64,000 nt of DNA. Source: Octopus sinensis (Eukaryota). The stretch spans positions 6,758,001 through 6,822,000 of the forward strand of contig NC_043021.1 of assembly GCF_006345805.1 (NCBI RefSeq), written 5' to 3'. Below are positions 1 to 13,247 of this stretch, piece by piece. A model generated the notes under the pieces. That model did no database searches. It was not told the DNA's origin and worked only from the letters and a program-made list of their open reading frames with translations. The first letter of the stretch is position 1, and each line of letters begins with the position of its first letter. Position numbers and translations under genes: made by a program.

Positions 1-454
1 TTGTTTCAATTTTTCCAGGCAGCTCCTTAGAAGTAGCTGACAGTTTCTGTTGCCCAGAATCAGCAGTAGAAGTGCCCTACCAAAAAAAGCAAGGTAGTCA
101 AAGTAAAAACGTAGGGGAAAAGTTAAAAGGGGTTGTTGCCTATAAATAAGCAAGGCAACAGAGAGGTTTTCTTTCCAGCAGAATACAAGATGCTTATGTA
201 CAAAGTGTGGTATTGCATAGTACACTATTATGGATAGGCATTGAATGTGGACAATGTGTAATGTTTGTGTGTGTGTCTCTGTCTCTGTGTTTGTGAATAT
301 ATGGTTTGGCAAATCAGATCGCAAATTTGCAAAGAAGACATGGAACAAAGTGTCAAAGACTGATCTTAGAAGGTTGAACTCGGAGGAGGTGGCTGCAGCA
401 GTAGGGGAGAAGCTGTGCTCTAGAAGACTGATATATGGATGATATTCACGTGTA

Positions 455-487
<33 letters not shown>

Positions 488-1047
488 ATGCTTACTGAAT
501 TATCAAGCAGGACATCTCAGTGTAGAGAGCATTATATGCAGTGGACAAAAGTGCATTATATACACACACATATATATATATATATATACTGTATATATAT
601 ATATATAGATACTGTATATTTATATATATATATATACAGTATATATAATTGCTTTCAATTATATAGTTTTGATATTGTTTGCTGTCAGTTAAATGTACTT
701 TAGAGTTTCTTCTAAAGCCTTCCGCTGTGTGTGTGTGTGTGTGTGTGTGTGCGCGTGTGTGTGTGTGTGTATGTGTGTGTGTGTGTGCAGCTACTAAAAT
801 ACTAACATTTTGCAACATACCAAACATTCTTTTGTCCACTGTGGAAAAATATTCAGTAATTATAATTAATGATTACAATTATAAATAAATATACAATAAC
901 TGCTTTCTTATTAAAAGAAAGTGAAAACAGAAACCGACGTCTTTCTCATCCTTTCTCTTTCTCTTTCTCCAAAAGTACTTCCTTCCACTTCCCCGTCTTA
1001 GTCACACACCCCTTACTCTTTCCTCTACTCTTCCCCTCTCTCATTCT

Positions 1048-1105
<58 letters not shown>

Positions 1106-1552
1106 ACCCATGACATCATGAATCATATTTTATTTCATCTTCATTTGCTACTTGTTATGTATGTAATAAGATATGCACTGCTGTGTGTGTGTGTGTGTGT
1201 ATGTGTTTATATGTGTGTGTGTGTGTGTGTAAATGAAAAGTGCGTGTAACAGTTTTCTTTTATTCTGAAATGGCTTAGAATGGCTTGGCATACATTGGAC
1301 GTGTTCTATACATGTGTATATGTGTCCTTTATTTTTCACTGTTGTATAACTGTGAAACGATGTGGACATGGGTGAGAAAAACTATAAGCAAGTGCTTTCA
1401 AAGAAAAACACTTATTAACTTAATTTTTTTAAATTTCGCCCAAGTTTTGTCGACATTCCTTTTAGCTCCTGTTCGGAATCTGTTACTTGTAGGATATAAA
1501 ACGTAAAAAGAAATAATTTGATTAGTCTTTCTACTGTGGCTAAAGTTTGGGT

Positions 1553-2020
1553 TATCATCATCAACACCACCATCATCATCATCATCATTTAACATCCGTT
1601 TTTCATGTTGGCATGGGTGGGTTGGTTGGTTTGACAGGAGCTGTACCAGGCTCCAATTGTCTCTATGGCTGGATGCCCTTCCTAACGCCAACCACTATAC
1701 AACGTGTACTGGGTGCTACCAGAGCTTTTTATGTGACACCAGCACCAGTGCCTTTTACTTGGCACCAGTGCCTTTTATGTGGCACCAGTGCCTTTTACGT
1801 GGCACCAGTGCCTTTTACGTGGCACCAGTGCCTTTTACGTGGCACCAGTGCCTTTTACATGGCACCAGTGCCTTTTACGTGGCACCAGCACCAGTGCCTT
1901 TTATGTGGCACCAGCACCAGTGCCTTTTACGTGGCACCAGCACCAGTGCCTTCTACGTGGCACCAGTATAGTGCTTTTTTACGTGGCATGAGTGCTTTTT
2001 ATGTGGCACCAGCACCGGTA
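1553..2020 (-). mobile_element. (GAT)n-tailed RTE-related retroposon with an expanded internal 20-bp minisatellite
   Basis: (cat)n tail at left and conserved ...ggatgcccttcctaacgccaaccac... core. Tandem ggcaccagtgccttttacgt units over ~1737-2015. Confidence 0.75.
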
Positions 2021-2481
2021 TCAATTCTACTGTTGTAGAGAGGTCTTCTTAAGCGCAGCAAGGCACCAAATATCTCTGTCCTTTGTCATCTCCTTCATAA
2101 GGCTCAGTGTCTTGAAATAAAATATGATTGGATGCAGACATTCAGAGGAAGTGAATTGGTGCTTTCAGCACAGAACTTACTTTCCAAAGTAAAACTATGC
2201 AAATCGATACAAAGTATCCATTTAATAATATATGTAATAATTAGCAGCGTGGTATTCATTTGCTCTGATGCTATTGAGATATTGGAAAACCAACAGAGTG
2301 AGTGAAAGGCAGTTGAAGTAGCAAGTGTTCGTCTCGTTGCTTAGAGTAGCAGAGAAAGTGAAAGTGAAACATTTAAAATGTTATTTTAACACTTTTGTTG
2401 CCATATTTCTGTTGAGATCCATTGTCCTTGCTTCTATTAATTTTGAAATTAATGAAGAATTTAGTGCAATAATTTTTATCA

Positions 2482-2706
2482 TTAACCCCTTTGTTGTCAT
2501 ATTCCTATTGAAAAATCGGTCTTTGTTGCAATTAATTTTTGAAAATAATGGAAAAATTTAGTTAAATAATTGCCATTGTGAAGCTGGTGTTTGGAACATA
2601 ACTAAATTAAAAAGGAAGCTTTTTAATTTAGATAACTTTAAAAAAAGAAAGTTTGTTCCGTAGAACCAAAGGCAGTTTCAGGTGGGATTTATGTCAAAAG
2701 GATTAA
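2482..2706. mobile_element. Diverged copy of the same piggyBac-like MITE family
   Basis: ttaacccctttgttgtcatatt...atgtcaaaaggattaa. Internal similarity to 21893-22112. Confidence 0.6.
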
Positions 2707-3111
2707 GCTGGAATTTAGCATTCAGATTATTCTGTCAAATGCAATACTTCTTTATTCACATTGTTTGAATTAATCATGCATTGTCTCGTAGCTTTCGAGA
2801 TTTCAACTGTCGAATTCTTTATTCTGACAATGGCATTGCACACTAGGTGTGAGATGCCAAATATGGCCAGTATGAACATATATAAAACAGGTAGACTATT
2901 TGGGTTGGATGTAGCTGGTTTTAATGCAGTTTGTCCATCTTCACATTCTGAGTTGTTCAAACACTGCTGGGGACCACTTTGCCTTTTGCAAATTTGGGGT
3001 TTATAAAATAAATACCAGATGACCACTGGGGTCAATGTAATCGATCCTCCCCCCACCAGTGTTTATATAACTTACCTGACATTTAACATTTCAACAGTGC
3101 TCTTTTTTTTT

Positions 3112-3497
3112 TTTTACTTGTTTCAGTCATTTGACTGTGGCCATGCTGGAGCACCGCTTTTAGTCTAGCAAATCAACCCCGGGACTTATTCTTTGTAAGC
3201 CCAGTACTTATTCTATCGGTCTCTTTTGCCGAACCACTAAGTGACGGGGACGTAAACACACCAGCATCGGTTGTCAAGCAATGCTAGGGGGACAAACACA
3301 TACACACACACACATATATATACATATATATACGACAGGCTTCTTTCAGTTTCCGTCTACCAAATCCACTCACAAGGTATTGGTTGGCCCCGGGGCTATA
3401 GCAGAAGACACTTGCCCAAGATGCCCTGCAGTGGGACTGAACCCGGAACCATGTGGTTGGTTAGCAAGCTACTTACTACACAGCCACTCCTTCGCCT
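3112..3497 (-). mobile_element. tRNA-headed SINE, family A, full length
   Basis: Minus-strand head with A-box-like tggctgtgt and B-box-like ggttcagtccc, a central (CA)/(TA) microsatellite, and 3' end ...cagtcaaatgactgaaacaagtaaaa. Near-identical to 46182-46592. Confidence 0.88.
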
Positions 3498-4291
3498 ATG
3501 ATAAATATTACAGTGCATCATCCCATGGCTATTTGATGGTGGAGAGAGAGAGCAGTCAGGTCTGTTTCTATTGTTGGCTTCAACCAAAATAGAATCTCAC
3601 ACTGAGTCCCATTTAACCCTTGACCCCTATCCTTTACTGTTTAGTAATTATGTCTTTAAAATATCACAATTGCTAAACAGGGAAACTCCCGAAAAAGCAA
3701 AGCTTGTCATTTGTATGAGTGAAAGGTGCTTGGCTGACAGTCTGGTCCAGCATTGTTGTTTAACAAGCAGTTTGTCATATGGAATACAGGTGATGTTTGA
3801 AGGGATGGGGTGGTGGCATCAAGTGTACAAGATGCTGCTGATATGTGTATTTATAAGTGTGAGTATATACAGATGGGCTGAACTGTTCAGCATTGAAGCT
3901 ACCATCGGCATGACATTGCCCCTCTGCTAATCAGGACACACATCATATGGAAGCCTCAAACACATTTCTCCAGTCAACCAGACCTTGCAAAACATCCCAA
4001 ATTCCATTTCCTCCAAGACTAGCTCAAGGCCACTCTCCTTCACTGTTACCTTGACCCGAATACTGGGAGACAATCACCAAGGGCTTCCCAAAGTGATGGC
4101 ATATCATTGCCAAGGGATGGTCCTGATGGAAAATAGCAAACGCTAAGAGCCAGAGATCAGATGTCGAAGACACAAAGAGTGACTCACACTTCTTTGTCCC
4201 CTGTGATAAATGCCCCCTCCCCCCAGCTCTTCTATATCACCCTTGGCCTAAACAGCCACCCCAGGCACCATCACTTTTCGCACCCATCAAG

Positions 4292-4468
4292 ATCGGCCTT
4301 TTGGCTAAGATCAAAGTGTAGTATCTGTTCTTATCAGATATGATACGGTCCCTATTTGGGACCATCGATATTAAACTGATTTTTAGAACGAGGCGAAGAG
4401 TTAGGGGCTTGCTCTGCCTTTGCCACAGGTTGGCCTGGTATAGCAGTACTTCCAGGATTCAGCCCATC
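4292..4468 (+). pseudogene. U2: U2 spliceosomal snRNA copy, probably a pseudogene
   Basis: tcggccttttggctaagatcaaagtgtagtatctgttcttatcag matches the U2 5' region, including the branch-site pairing sequence GUAGUA. Also present: stem IIb (ggtccc-tattt-gggacc), Sm site gatttttag, stem III and stem-loop IV (cctggta-tagcagtac-ttccagg). The first ~7 nt are non-U2 and stem-loop IIa is ~6 nt short. Confidence 0.9.
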
Positions 4469-4590
4469 TCTCACCCGGGTCCAACCCATGCCAGCATGGA
4501 AAGCATACGCTAAACGATGATGATGATGATGAATGGGTATTTATCTACATGTTTGCACAGGTACACAAATTTATCTAATTGTGCGCATGT

Positions 4591-6622
4591 GCACACACAC
4601 ACACACACACACACACATACGCTGATGCAAGCAGAAACACTTGTCCTCCAGACATTTTTCTGCCAGTTGGTGTAATACGATTATTATGTTATTTCATACA
4701 GAGTGTCATTTTCTACTGTAACATACTTGGGTGTTAATATGTATGTATATACTAACATGAGTGGCATTAACTATACGTTGTGAATTTCTACTGAATCATT
4801 CCCCGAGGGCTGGTTCCATCTACTCTTTCATTTGTTGCCTTTTAGGCTGAAGTCTTCATTTCTGAGCCAGGAAAATTACTTCCTGCAAATTCTTTCACTC
4901 ACTGCATTCTCACCCTATGTACTCTGGTTGTATACTGATGTCACTCCATTTGCAGTTTTTCCTCTATGAAACTTATAAAAATAAGACAAATCCAATATAG
5001 GTTTTCTTGAATAATGTTTGTGTTTTTTTATATCCTGAAAGTAAAAGATTCCAATAATCATTCTAGAAATTACTGAGACTAGTACAAGCCTACTATAATG
5101 ATCGCATTGATGTATTCAACAACAGCCAGTGTTTTTCTGTTCTTGGAACAAATTCTAATTCTGTCTTTTGCACACATTCTGTGTTGTATTGTTTATATGT
5201 TGAAAGACATACAGAGACATGCACACACAAGCAACCCCCAAAATTATATATATGAAGTCTGTTTTTATATATATATATATATATATGAGGTTTGTGTTGT
5301 GTTGACAGACTTGCACTTAAAATTCCTGCATTTTTAATCAGAATTTACTACAATGACTACACTACTTATCTACACACACACACACAAACTGTTTCTCACT
5401 GTATTTCTCAACACTAATGATTTTTTTTTCTTCTCCCCTTCCTTCTTTCTAAATATACATGGTGACAGGTGTAACACCCGTTTTAATTCCTCCCCTTCTT
5501 CCCTCCCTCTACAAATCGAAACATTGATGTCCAGGTAGTAGTCGTTTCCTTTGATTTCTAGATAGAAGCAAATAGGAAGTAAAACTTTCTCACCAAAGAC
5601 ACACACCACACACACACACACACACATACGCTGATGCAAGCAGAAACACTTGTCCTCCAGACATTTTTCTGCCAGTTGGTGTAATACGATTATTATGTTA
5701 TTTCATACAGAGTGTCATTTTCTACTGTAACATACTTGGGTGTTAATATGTATGTATATACTAACATGAGTGGCATTAACTATACGTTGTGATTTCTACT
5801 GAATCATTCCCTGAGGGCTGGTTCCATCTACTCTTTCATTTGTTGCCTTTTAGGCTGAAGTCTTCATTTCTGAGCCAGGAAAATTACTTCCTGCAAATTC
5901 TTTCACTCACTGCATTCTCACCCTATGTACTCTGGTTGTATACTGATGTCACTCCATTTGCAGTTTTTCCTCTATGAAACTTATAAAAATAAGACAAATC
6001 CAATATAGGTTTTCTTGAATAATGTTTGTGTTTTTTTATATCCTGAAAGTAAAAGATTCCAATAATCATTCTAGAAATTACTGAGACTAGTACAAGCCTA
6101 CTATAATGATCGCATTGATGTATTCAACAACAGCCAGTGTTTTTCTGTTCTTGGAACAAATTCTAATTCTGTCTTTTGCACACATTCTGTGTTGTATTGT
6201 TTATATGTTGAAAGACATACAGAGACATGCACACACAAGCAACCCCCAAAATTATATATATGAAGTCTGTTTATATATATATATATATATATGAGGTTTG
6301 TGTTGTGTTGACAGACTTGCACTTAAAATTCCTGCATTTTTAATCAGAATTTACTACAATGACTACACTACTTATCTTACACACACACACACAAACTGTT
6401 TCTCACTGTATTTCTCAACACTAATGATTTTTTTTTCTTCTCCCCTTCCTTCTTTCTAAATATACATGGTGACAGGTGTAACACCCGTTTTAATTCCTCC
6501 CCTTCTTCCCTCCCTCTACAAATCGAAACATTGATGTCCAGGTAGTAGTCGTTTCCTTTGATTTCTAGATAGAAGCAAATAGGAAGTAAAACTTTCTCAC
6601 CAAAGACACACACACACACACA
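4591..6622. repeat. Tandem duplication, ~1009-bp unit
   Basis: gctgatgcaag at 4621 and 5630. Duplicated ORFs at 5098 and 6106. Junction inside (CA)n. Confidence 0.9.
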
Positions 6623-6872
6623 AATTGTTATTTAACGATACCTGAAAAGCCAGAAACTTTTCAGCAACCCCTTGTATGTATGTGTCTTGTCTGAGTATAT
6701 AGGTGCAAGCATGACTCTGCGGTAAGAAATTTGGTTCACAACCACATGGTTCCAGGTTCAGTCTCACTGCATGACATCTTGGGCAAGTGTCTTCCATTAT
6801 AGCCTCGGGCTAACCAAAGCCTTGTGAGAGGATTTGGTAGATGGAAACTGAAAGAAGCCTGTTATGTGTATG

Positions 6873-6903
<31 letters not shown>

Positions 6904-7483
6904 TATGAGGTTTGTGTTGTGTTGACAGACTTGCACTTAAAATTCCTGCATTTTTAATCAGAATTTACTACAATGACTACACTACTTATCTTACACACAC
7001 ACACACAAACTGTTTCTCACTGTATTTCTCAACACTAATGATTTTTTTTTCTTCTCCCCTTCCTTCTTTCTAAATATACATGGTGACAGGTGTAACACCC
7101 GTTTTAATTCCTCCCCTTCTTCCCTCCCTCTACAAATCGAAACATTGATGTCCAGGTAGTAGTCGTTTCCTTTGATTTCTAGATAGAAGCAAATAGGAAG
7201 TAAAACTTTCTCACCAAAGACACACACACACACACAAATTGTTATTTAACGATACCTGAAAAGCCAGAAACTTTTCAGCAACCCCTTGTATGTATGTGTC
7301 TTGTCTGAGTATATAGGTGCAAGCATGACTCTGCGGTAAGAAATTTGGTTCACAACCACATGGTTCCAGGTTCAGTCTCACTGCATGACATCTTGGGCAA
7401 GTGTCTTCCATTATAGCCTCGGGCTAACCAAAGCCTTGTGAGAGGATTTGGTAGATGGAAACTGAAAGAAGCCTGTTTATGTG

Positions 7484-7518
<35 letters not shown>
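6291..7518. repeat. Tandem duplication, 614-bp unit
   Basis: atgaggtttg at 6291 and 6905. Identical ORFs at 6377/6991 and 6597/7211. Junction inside (TA)n. Confidence 0.9.
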
Positions 7519-7526
<8 letters not shown>

Positions 7527-8301
7527 TTATTTTCCAGTTTCAGCTCTTGAGCTGTGGCCATGCTGGGGCACCGCCATTGTATATATATATGTATATATAA
7601 AATCAGGTGCAGATGTGGTTCTGCATGATTTTGTATTTGTCCACCCGCTCCAACTTGAGTGTGTGTGTCCCTTGCCAAATGGAGTGTTTGTGTCCCTGTA
7701 ACTCTGTAACCTAGCAGTTCGGCAAAAGAGACCAATAAAATATGTACCACACTTTAAAGAAAAGAAAAAAGTACTGGGGTTCCTTCTTTGACTAAAAATT
7801 CCTCAAGGCTCCAGCATGGCCTCAGTCTAATGACCGAAGCAAGCAAAAGAACTACACTTTGTAATTGTGTGTCAGTTTGTGTATCTATTTGTCTGTGTGT
7901 ATAAGCTCTACGTTTGTATCTCTGTGTCTGTGTCTTTTGTCCTATTTATTGATCATTGTGTTTGGTTGCATATGTTTGCCATTAGCTGTATGGATTTGAT
8001 ATTTTGCGTGTGTTTCTATATGCATTTGATTAATGTTTTCGTGCATGTGTAAACCACTTTCTATCTTCTCTCTCTTTTCTTACGAATGGATGGAAATCCC
8101 TTATCCTGCATTGATAAAATGAATTAACAAATAAGTCTTCAAGTTTTGGGGCTCAGAGCCTAGAAAGTTACTATTTTAAGTAAAAGGACTTGTGTTTCAG
8201 AGAACAATTATTCGAAATATTTTTGAACTGAAATGGACTTTTTATTTTTATTTTTTGCTTAATCCCCAGTACACACAAACAGATAAACATGTTCTCACTT
8301 T

Positions 8302-8332
<31 letters not shown>

Positions 8333-9288
8333 AATTTACACACATTATATATATATATATATTATGTACATATTGTATATAGAAATACACACATTACATA
8401 CATATATATATGTTATATATATATTATATACATATTTTATATATTTATATATATATATATATATGTGTTATATATATATTATATACATATATTTTGTGTG
8501 TGTGATTGTTTAGCTTTCTTGTCTTTGAATAAATTTCACTACAGTTACACAATTTTATTCTGCTCATGGATCAATATTAGCTCTGTCTTTCTAGAAATTT
8601 CTATTTCTAAAATATATATACACACACATACATACATGTATATATATATATATGTATATATACATATATATAAATTCTTACACAATTTTCTTTTTCCACG
8701 TTGCTAAATTCTTGTTGAGACTAAAGATTGGGTTTACCAATATTGGAATGTTTGATGCCGTTGTAGACTGCTGGCTTGGTGGTTCCTCCCTGGCCTTTAC
8801 TACTCAACTTCATACCTGCCATGAAGCTTACACAGAAGACACTCAGTCCCTATGTTTTGTTCAGACCAGCCTCAGAGTTTAGCTCAACAGTTTATGGTAG
8901 GCCCCAACAAAAGACTTCTATGGTTGTTTTACCTCCCTCAGTTTTTCTTTTGCTGCCACCACTCTTAAAAACGTTCGCTGGTATGCATGGTGTTGGTTTC
9001 TTTCTTCTTCTTCTTCCTCTTCTTCTCATCACTTCTTACCATCTTCCAGTTATTGTTGCTTTCTCTCAATTTCTCTTTCATAAGTTTGTCTCTCGATATA
9101 TCTTTCTCTTGCCTCATATCCCTGTGTTGTGTATACGTGTGTGTATACACGTATATATACTCACAGTTATTCACACACATGCACAATCATGTATGCACAC
9201 AGCCCCACAAGTCACTCTGCCATTTCGTATATGCTTATTAAATGATAGCATTTCTCTTGGGCACTGTGTGGGTATGTGTGTGACTGTG

Positions 9289-9354
<66 letters not shown>

Positions 9355-9438
9355 CACACACACATTCACAAATATACACACATAATAATAATATATAGTA
9401 ATCATAACAATATATACTGATAATAATAATAATAATAA

Positions 9439-9648
9439 CACTCAGACAAATACATAACAAAAACACCAGGACTTACAAACACATATAACATACAGAAAAT
9501 TGCACTACTAGGCACTGCACACATCCTACGCAGAACACTTTCCATACAATAACCATCAGAGCATCACAACAAATCACAACACATACCCAAGGCACACAGA
9601 GCTGTGCTCGGTAGTGAAGTGAAAGCACGCTATAAAAATAAAACTACG

Positions 9649-9650
<2 letters not shown>
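9439..9650 (+). mobile_element. 5'-truncated R4/Dong-like non-LTR retrotransposon 3' end
   Basis: 9442-9552 encodes SDKYITKTPGLTNTYNIQKIALLGTAHILRRTLSIQ*, resembling the C-terminus of RLE-type (R4/Dong) LINE proteins. Flanked on both sides by (TAA)n. Confidence 0.75.
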
Positions 9651-9680
<30 letters not shown>

Positions 9681-9700
9681 TATAGTGATGATAGTAATAA

Positions 9701-9974
9701 TAATAAGGTTGGTCAGAAGAATTTAAGGAATTGTGCCCTAGTTATAGGACATAACGTATACAAAAAGTCTTCAAATATTTCAAGGAAATGAAATGAAGTA
9801 AAATAAGATATTTATGTCATTATGTTTAAGAATGTGTTACATAGTAAAGTCAATATTTAATTTTATTTTACTTTGTTTTATTTCATTCTTTTAGAAAATC
9901 TGGAGAATTTCTCTGTAGCTTTATATAAATAAACTAAGGTACCATTCCTTCATTTCTTCTGGCTAAGCTTATTA
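9701..9974. mobile_element. Mariner-like MITE (diverged)
   Basis: taataaggttggtcagaagaatttaaggaat versus reverse complement of the right end, taataagcttagccagaagaaatgaaggaat. Confidence 0.55.
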
Positions 9975-9988
9975 TCGTTGCTAAAAGT

Positions 9989-10026
<38 letters not shown>

Positions 10027-10149
10027 ATAATAATAATATTAGGGAGTATAACTCCAAACTTACAGGGAAAAATTCAATTTAGTATTAAATCAAATTTCAC
10101 AGTATAAATATATAAAATATGAATTAGAGATAAAACCACTATTATGCAA

Positions 10150-10185
<36 letters not shown>

Positions 10186-10188
<3 letters not shown>

Positions 10189-10393
10189 TAAAAACTGTAA
10201 GATAACAAAAGAAAGTGAGAGACCTCAATATTATGTAAATAGAGGAAATTTATCTGTAAAATAATATGTGACAATTATTCGGTAGCCAAGATAAAACTCT
10301 GAGTTTCGGATGCCGAGGGGGAAATCCACAACACCATCTCTTCGGTTATCTGACCAAATAACCGAATAATTGTCACATATTATTTTACAGATA
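10186..10393 (-). mobile_element. (TA)n-embedded fold-back element with a hammerhead-like apex (Penelope-like derivative, inferred)
   Basis: Perfect 33-bp inverted repeat 10251-10283 / 10361-10393 enclosing a minus-strand hammerhead-like motif at 10289-10351. Confidence 0.6.
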
Positions 10394-10643
10394 TATATAT
10401 ATACACACACACCACACACACACACACATACAGACAGATACATAACTTCTAGATAGAGGATAGTTGTGTGTGTGTGCGTGTATAGAGACGGCGGCTGCAA
10501 GTCCTGGCAACTCCAGCCAAGACCACCACTCTTTCTGCTATGCGATCAATGCCTGAAATTGTTCCGTTCCTGACTTGGCCTTCTGAGCCATGTCGTGGAG
10601 GCACTAGATGAGCCAAGCTCAAACATGAGTAGTACTGAAGACA

Positions 10644-10680
<37 letters not shown>

Positions 10681-10890
10681 CAGGGTGTCCCAGAAGTCGC
10701 GCACCATTCTGGTTTACATTAAAAATAATTTAAGCATTTTATTTTATTTTGTTTTTTTCTGCATGTTTTATTGTAGAGGGTGCTCAGTTTGAGCATTTGT
10801 TACAGTTTATTTCAATAAAGTGTTTTTGAAATCAGTAAGAGTGTATTTTTTTTAAAAACCACGGTGGTGCGCAACTTCTGGGATACCCTG
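10681..10890. mobile_element. Tc1/mariner-like MITE in a (TA)n tract
   Basis: TIR cagggtgtcccagaagtcgcgcacc versus reverse complement of the right end, cagggtatcccagaagttgcgcacc (23/25). TA on both sides. Confidence 0.85.
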
Positions 10891-11308
10891 TATATATATA
10901 TATATATATATACATACATACATACATACATAGAATGGTAAGTCAATTACATTGACCCCAGTGCTCAACTGGTACTTATTTTATCTACTCTGGAGGGATG
11001 AAAGCCACAGTCGGCCTCAGCAGAATTTGAACTCACAACATAAAGACAAATAAAACGCTACTAAACATTTTGTCCAGCATATTAATGAATCCGCCAGCTT
11101 ACCATATATATTAACACCAGTTTGACTCCAGTCCCATGCTACGTAGAGGTTCATAGGCTCATAGAAAACCTATGAACATTGCATTGAACTGAGTCCAATT
11201 GTTATCAAATGATATATGCAAATCTTACCAACTGTGCTGAGTGCCACTGTCTTTCATTTGTTTGCTCACTTATGTATGTGTGTAATTGTGTATGTGTGTG
11301 TGTATGTG

Positions 11309-11360
<52 letters not shown>

Positions 11361-11404
11361 CACACACATAGGCATATACATATATATACATATATGTAGA
11401 CATA

Positions 11405-11752
11405 TAGGCACCAGCGTGGCTGTGTGACAAGGAATTTGCTTCTCAACCACATGGTTCTGGGTTCAGTTCCACTGCATGACACCTTGGACAAGCGTCTTGT
11501 ACTTATTGCCTCAGGCTTACCAAAGCCTTGTGAGTGGTTTTGGTACAAGGAAAACTGATATGCATATGTATGTGTGTGTCTTTGTGTCTGTGTTTACAGT
11601 CGACGGTCCTGCAACTTTACAGTTTGACAGAAGAGACCGATAGAGTAAGTACCAGTCTTAAAAAAATGAGTTCTGGGGTCGATTTGTTTAAGTAAACTTC
11701 TTGAAGATGATATCCCAGCATGGCCACAGTCTAATGACAGAAACAAGTAAGT
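11405..11752 (+). mobile_element. SINE family A (diverged)
   Basis: gcgtggctgtgtg...ggttcagttcc...cccagcatggccacagtctaatgac. Confidence 0.75.
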
Positions 11753-11802
11753 GATTAGAAGATCTACTATATTACACATACACATACATACACACACACA
11801 TT

Positions 11803-11837
<35 letters not shown>

Positions 11838-12596
11838 TAAGGGTGGGATATGAACTTGTTCATTCATCTGTCTAATGTGAAGTCTCACATTTACTTCTGC
11901 TGTGTTTCTTGTTATTTTTTTTCTCATTTACTAAATTAACATTTGTTTTTTTGTCTCAGTTACTTCAGGTTCTTATAGCTTTGCATTCTGCTGCTCTGGT
12001 TGCCGTTAGTGACGATAACTGAAGTCAACTACTACTACTACTACTACCACCACTACTACTACTACCACTTTGTATAGTTACACCTACGTGCATGCCTTAG
12101 CTGAGAAGCCAACACCGATTATATAGCTCTCTTTATTCAAAACTTACTTTTGTATTCCTCTTTCAGTCAATCTCAACTAAACCACTCTGAATTGCTCCCT
12201 AATGCTAGCATTTTATCATTTCACAGATTTATAGGGGGACAAAAAAACAACAAAACAACCAAAAAAAAACCAATAAGATTTTTGTTGTTGTTGTTATTTT
12301 CTTGTAAATTGTTTTAGCAACCTTGATGTGATGATGAATGGCAAAGAGGTCATCAACATTTTCTTTACATTCTTTAGGAATCAGTAAAAAAATAAGTTAC
12401 AGGGAATCGTTTGGCCCTTAATGTAATCCTTGTGGATTATTTGTGTGGTTGAATATCTCTCAGCCTCTTTCTCTGAAAATGTCTTGGATTGTTCCCGTAT
12501 TGGAAATTATTAATTATTATGTGTTGTTATTTGTGTGTTAATTTGGTGTCTGTGAAATTAGTTGTTTCACCTCTGACTGATAAATACCTCTTTCTC

Positions 12597-12666
12597 ACCA
12601 CACACACACACACACACACTTTCCCCATCTATCTATCTATCTTTATCTATTTATCTATCTATCTAA

Positions 12667-12711
<45 letters not shown>

Positions 12712-12744
12712 TATATATATACACATACATGCATGCCTACATAA

Positions 12745-12779
<35 letters not shown>

Positions 12780-12824
12780 TATATATATATAGATATATAT
12801 ATATATATAGATATATATATATAT

Positions 12825-12871
<47 letters not shown>

Positions 12872-12982
12872 CATACATACATACATACATACACATGTGT
12901 ATGTGCATCTCTCTCTCTCTCTCATATACATACATATGTGTGTGTATATATAGATAGAGAGAGAGAGAGAGATTTATATACA

Positions 12983-13017
<35 letters not shown>

Positions 13018-13204
13018 GTATGTGTGTACATGTGTATATATTTATGTATGTATGTGTGTATGTATATATATGTGTGTGTGTATGTATATATATGTGTGTG
13101 TGTGTATGTATTTGTATATATATGTGTATATATGTATATGTATAAATATACGTATATGTGTATGTTTATATGTCTGTATGTATAGATATATATATATATA
13201 TATG

Positions 13205-13247
<43 letters not shown>

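Noticed and set aside
19-93. 75-nt exon-like segment (ttttccAG...AAG|GTagtc)
   Set aside because: The translation has no HIPK similarity and the segment looks like a repeat fragment. No partner exon was found.
8700-9000. ORF 8776..9420 and a protein-like minus frame
   Set aside because: The long ORF runs into microsatellites and the minus frame has multiple stops. At most an unidentifiable transposon remnant.
10480-10645. GC-richer island with a 68-aa minus ORF
   Set aside because: No recognisable motif. Bounded by microsatellites within an insertion cluster, so probably a retroelement fragment.
12320-12360. GTGATGA C-box-like motif with a short hairpin (snoRNA or miRNA candidate)
   Set aside because: No properly placed D box (CTGA) with a terminal stem, and no match to a miRNA I recognise.
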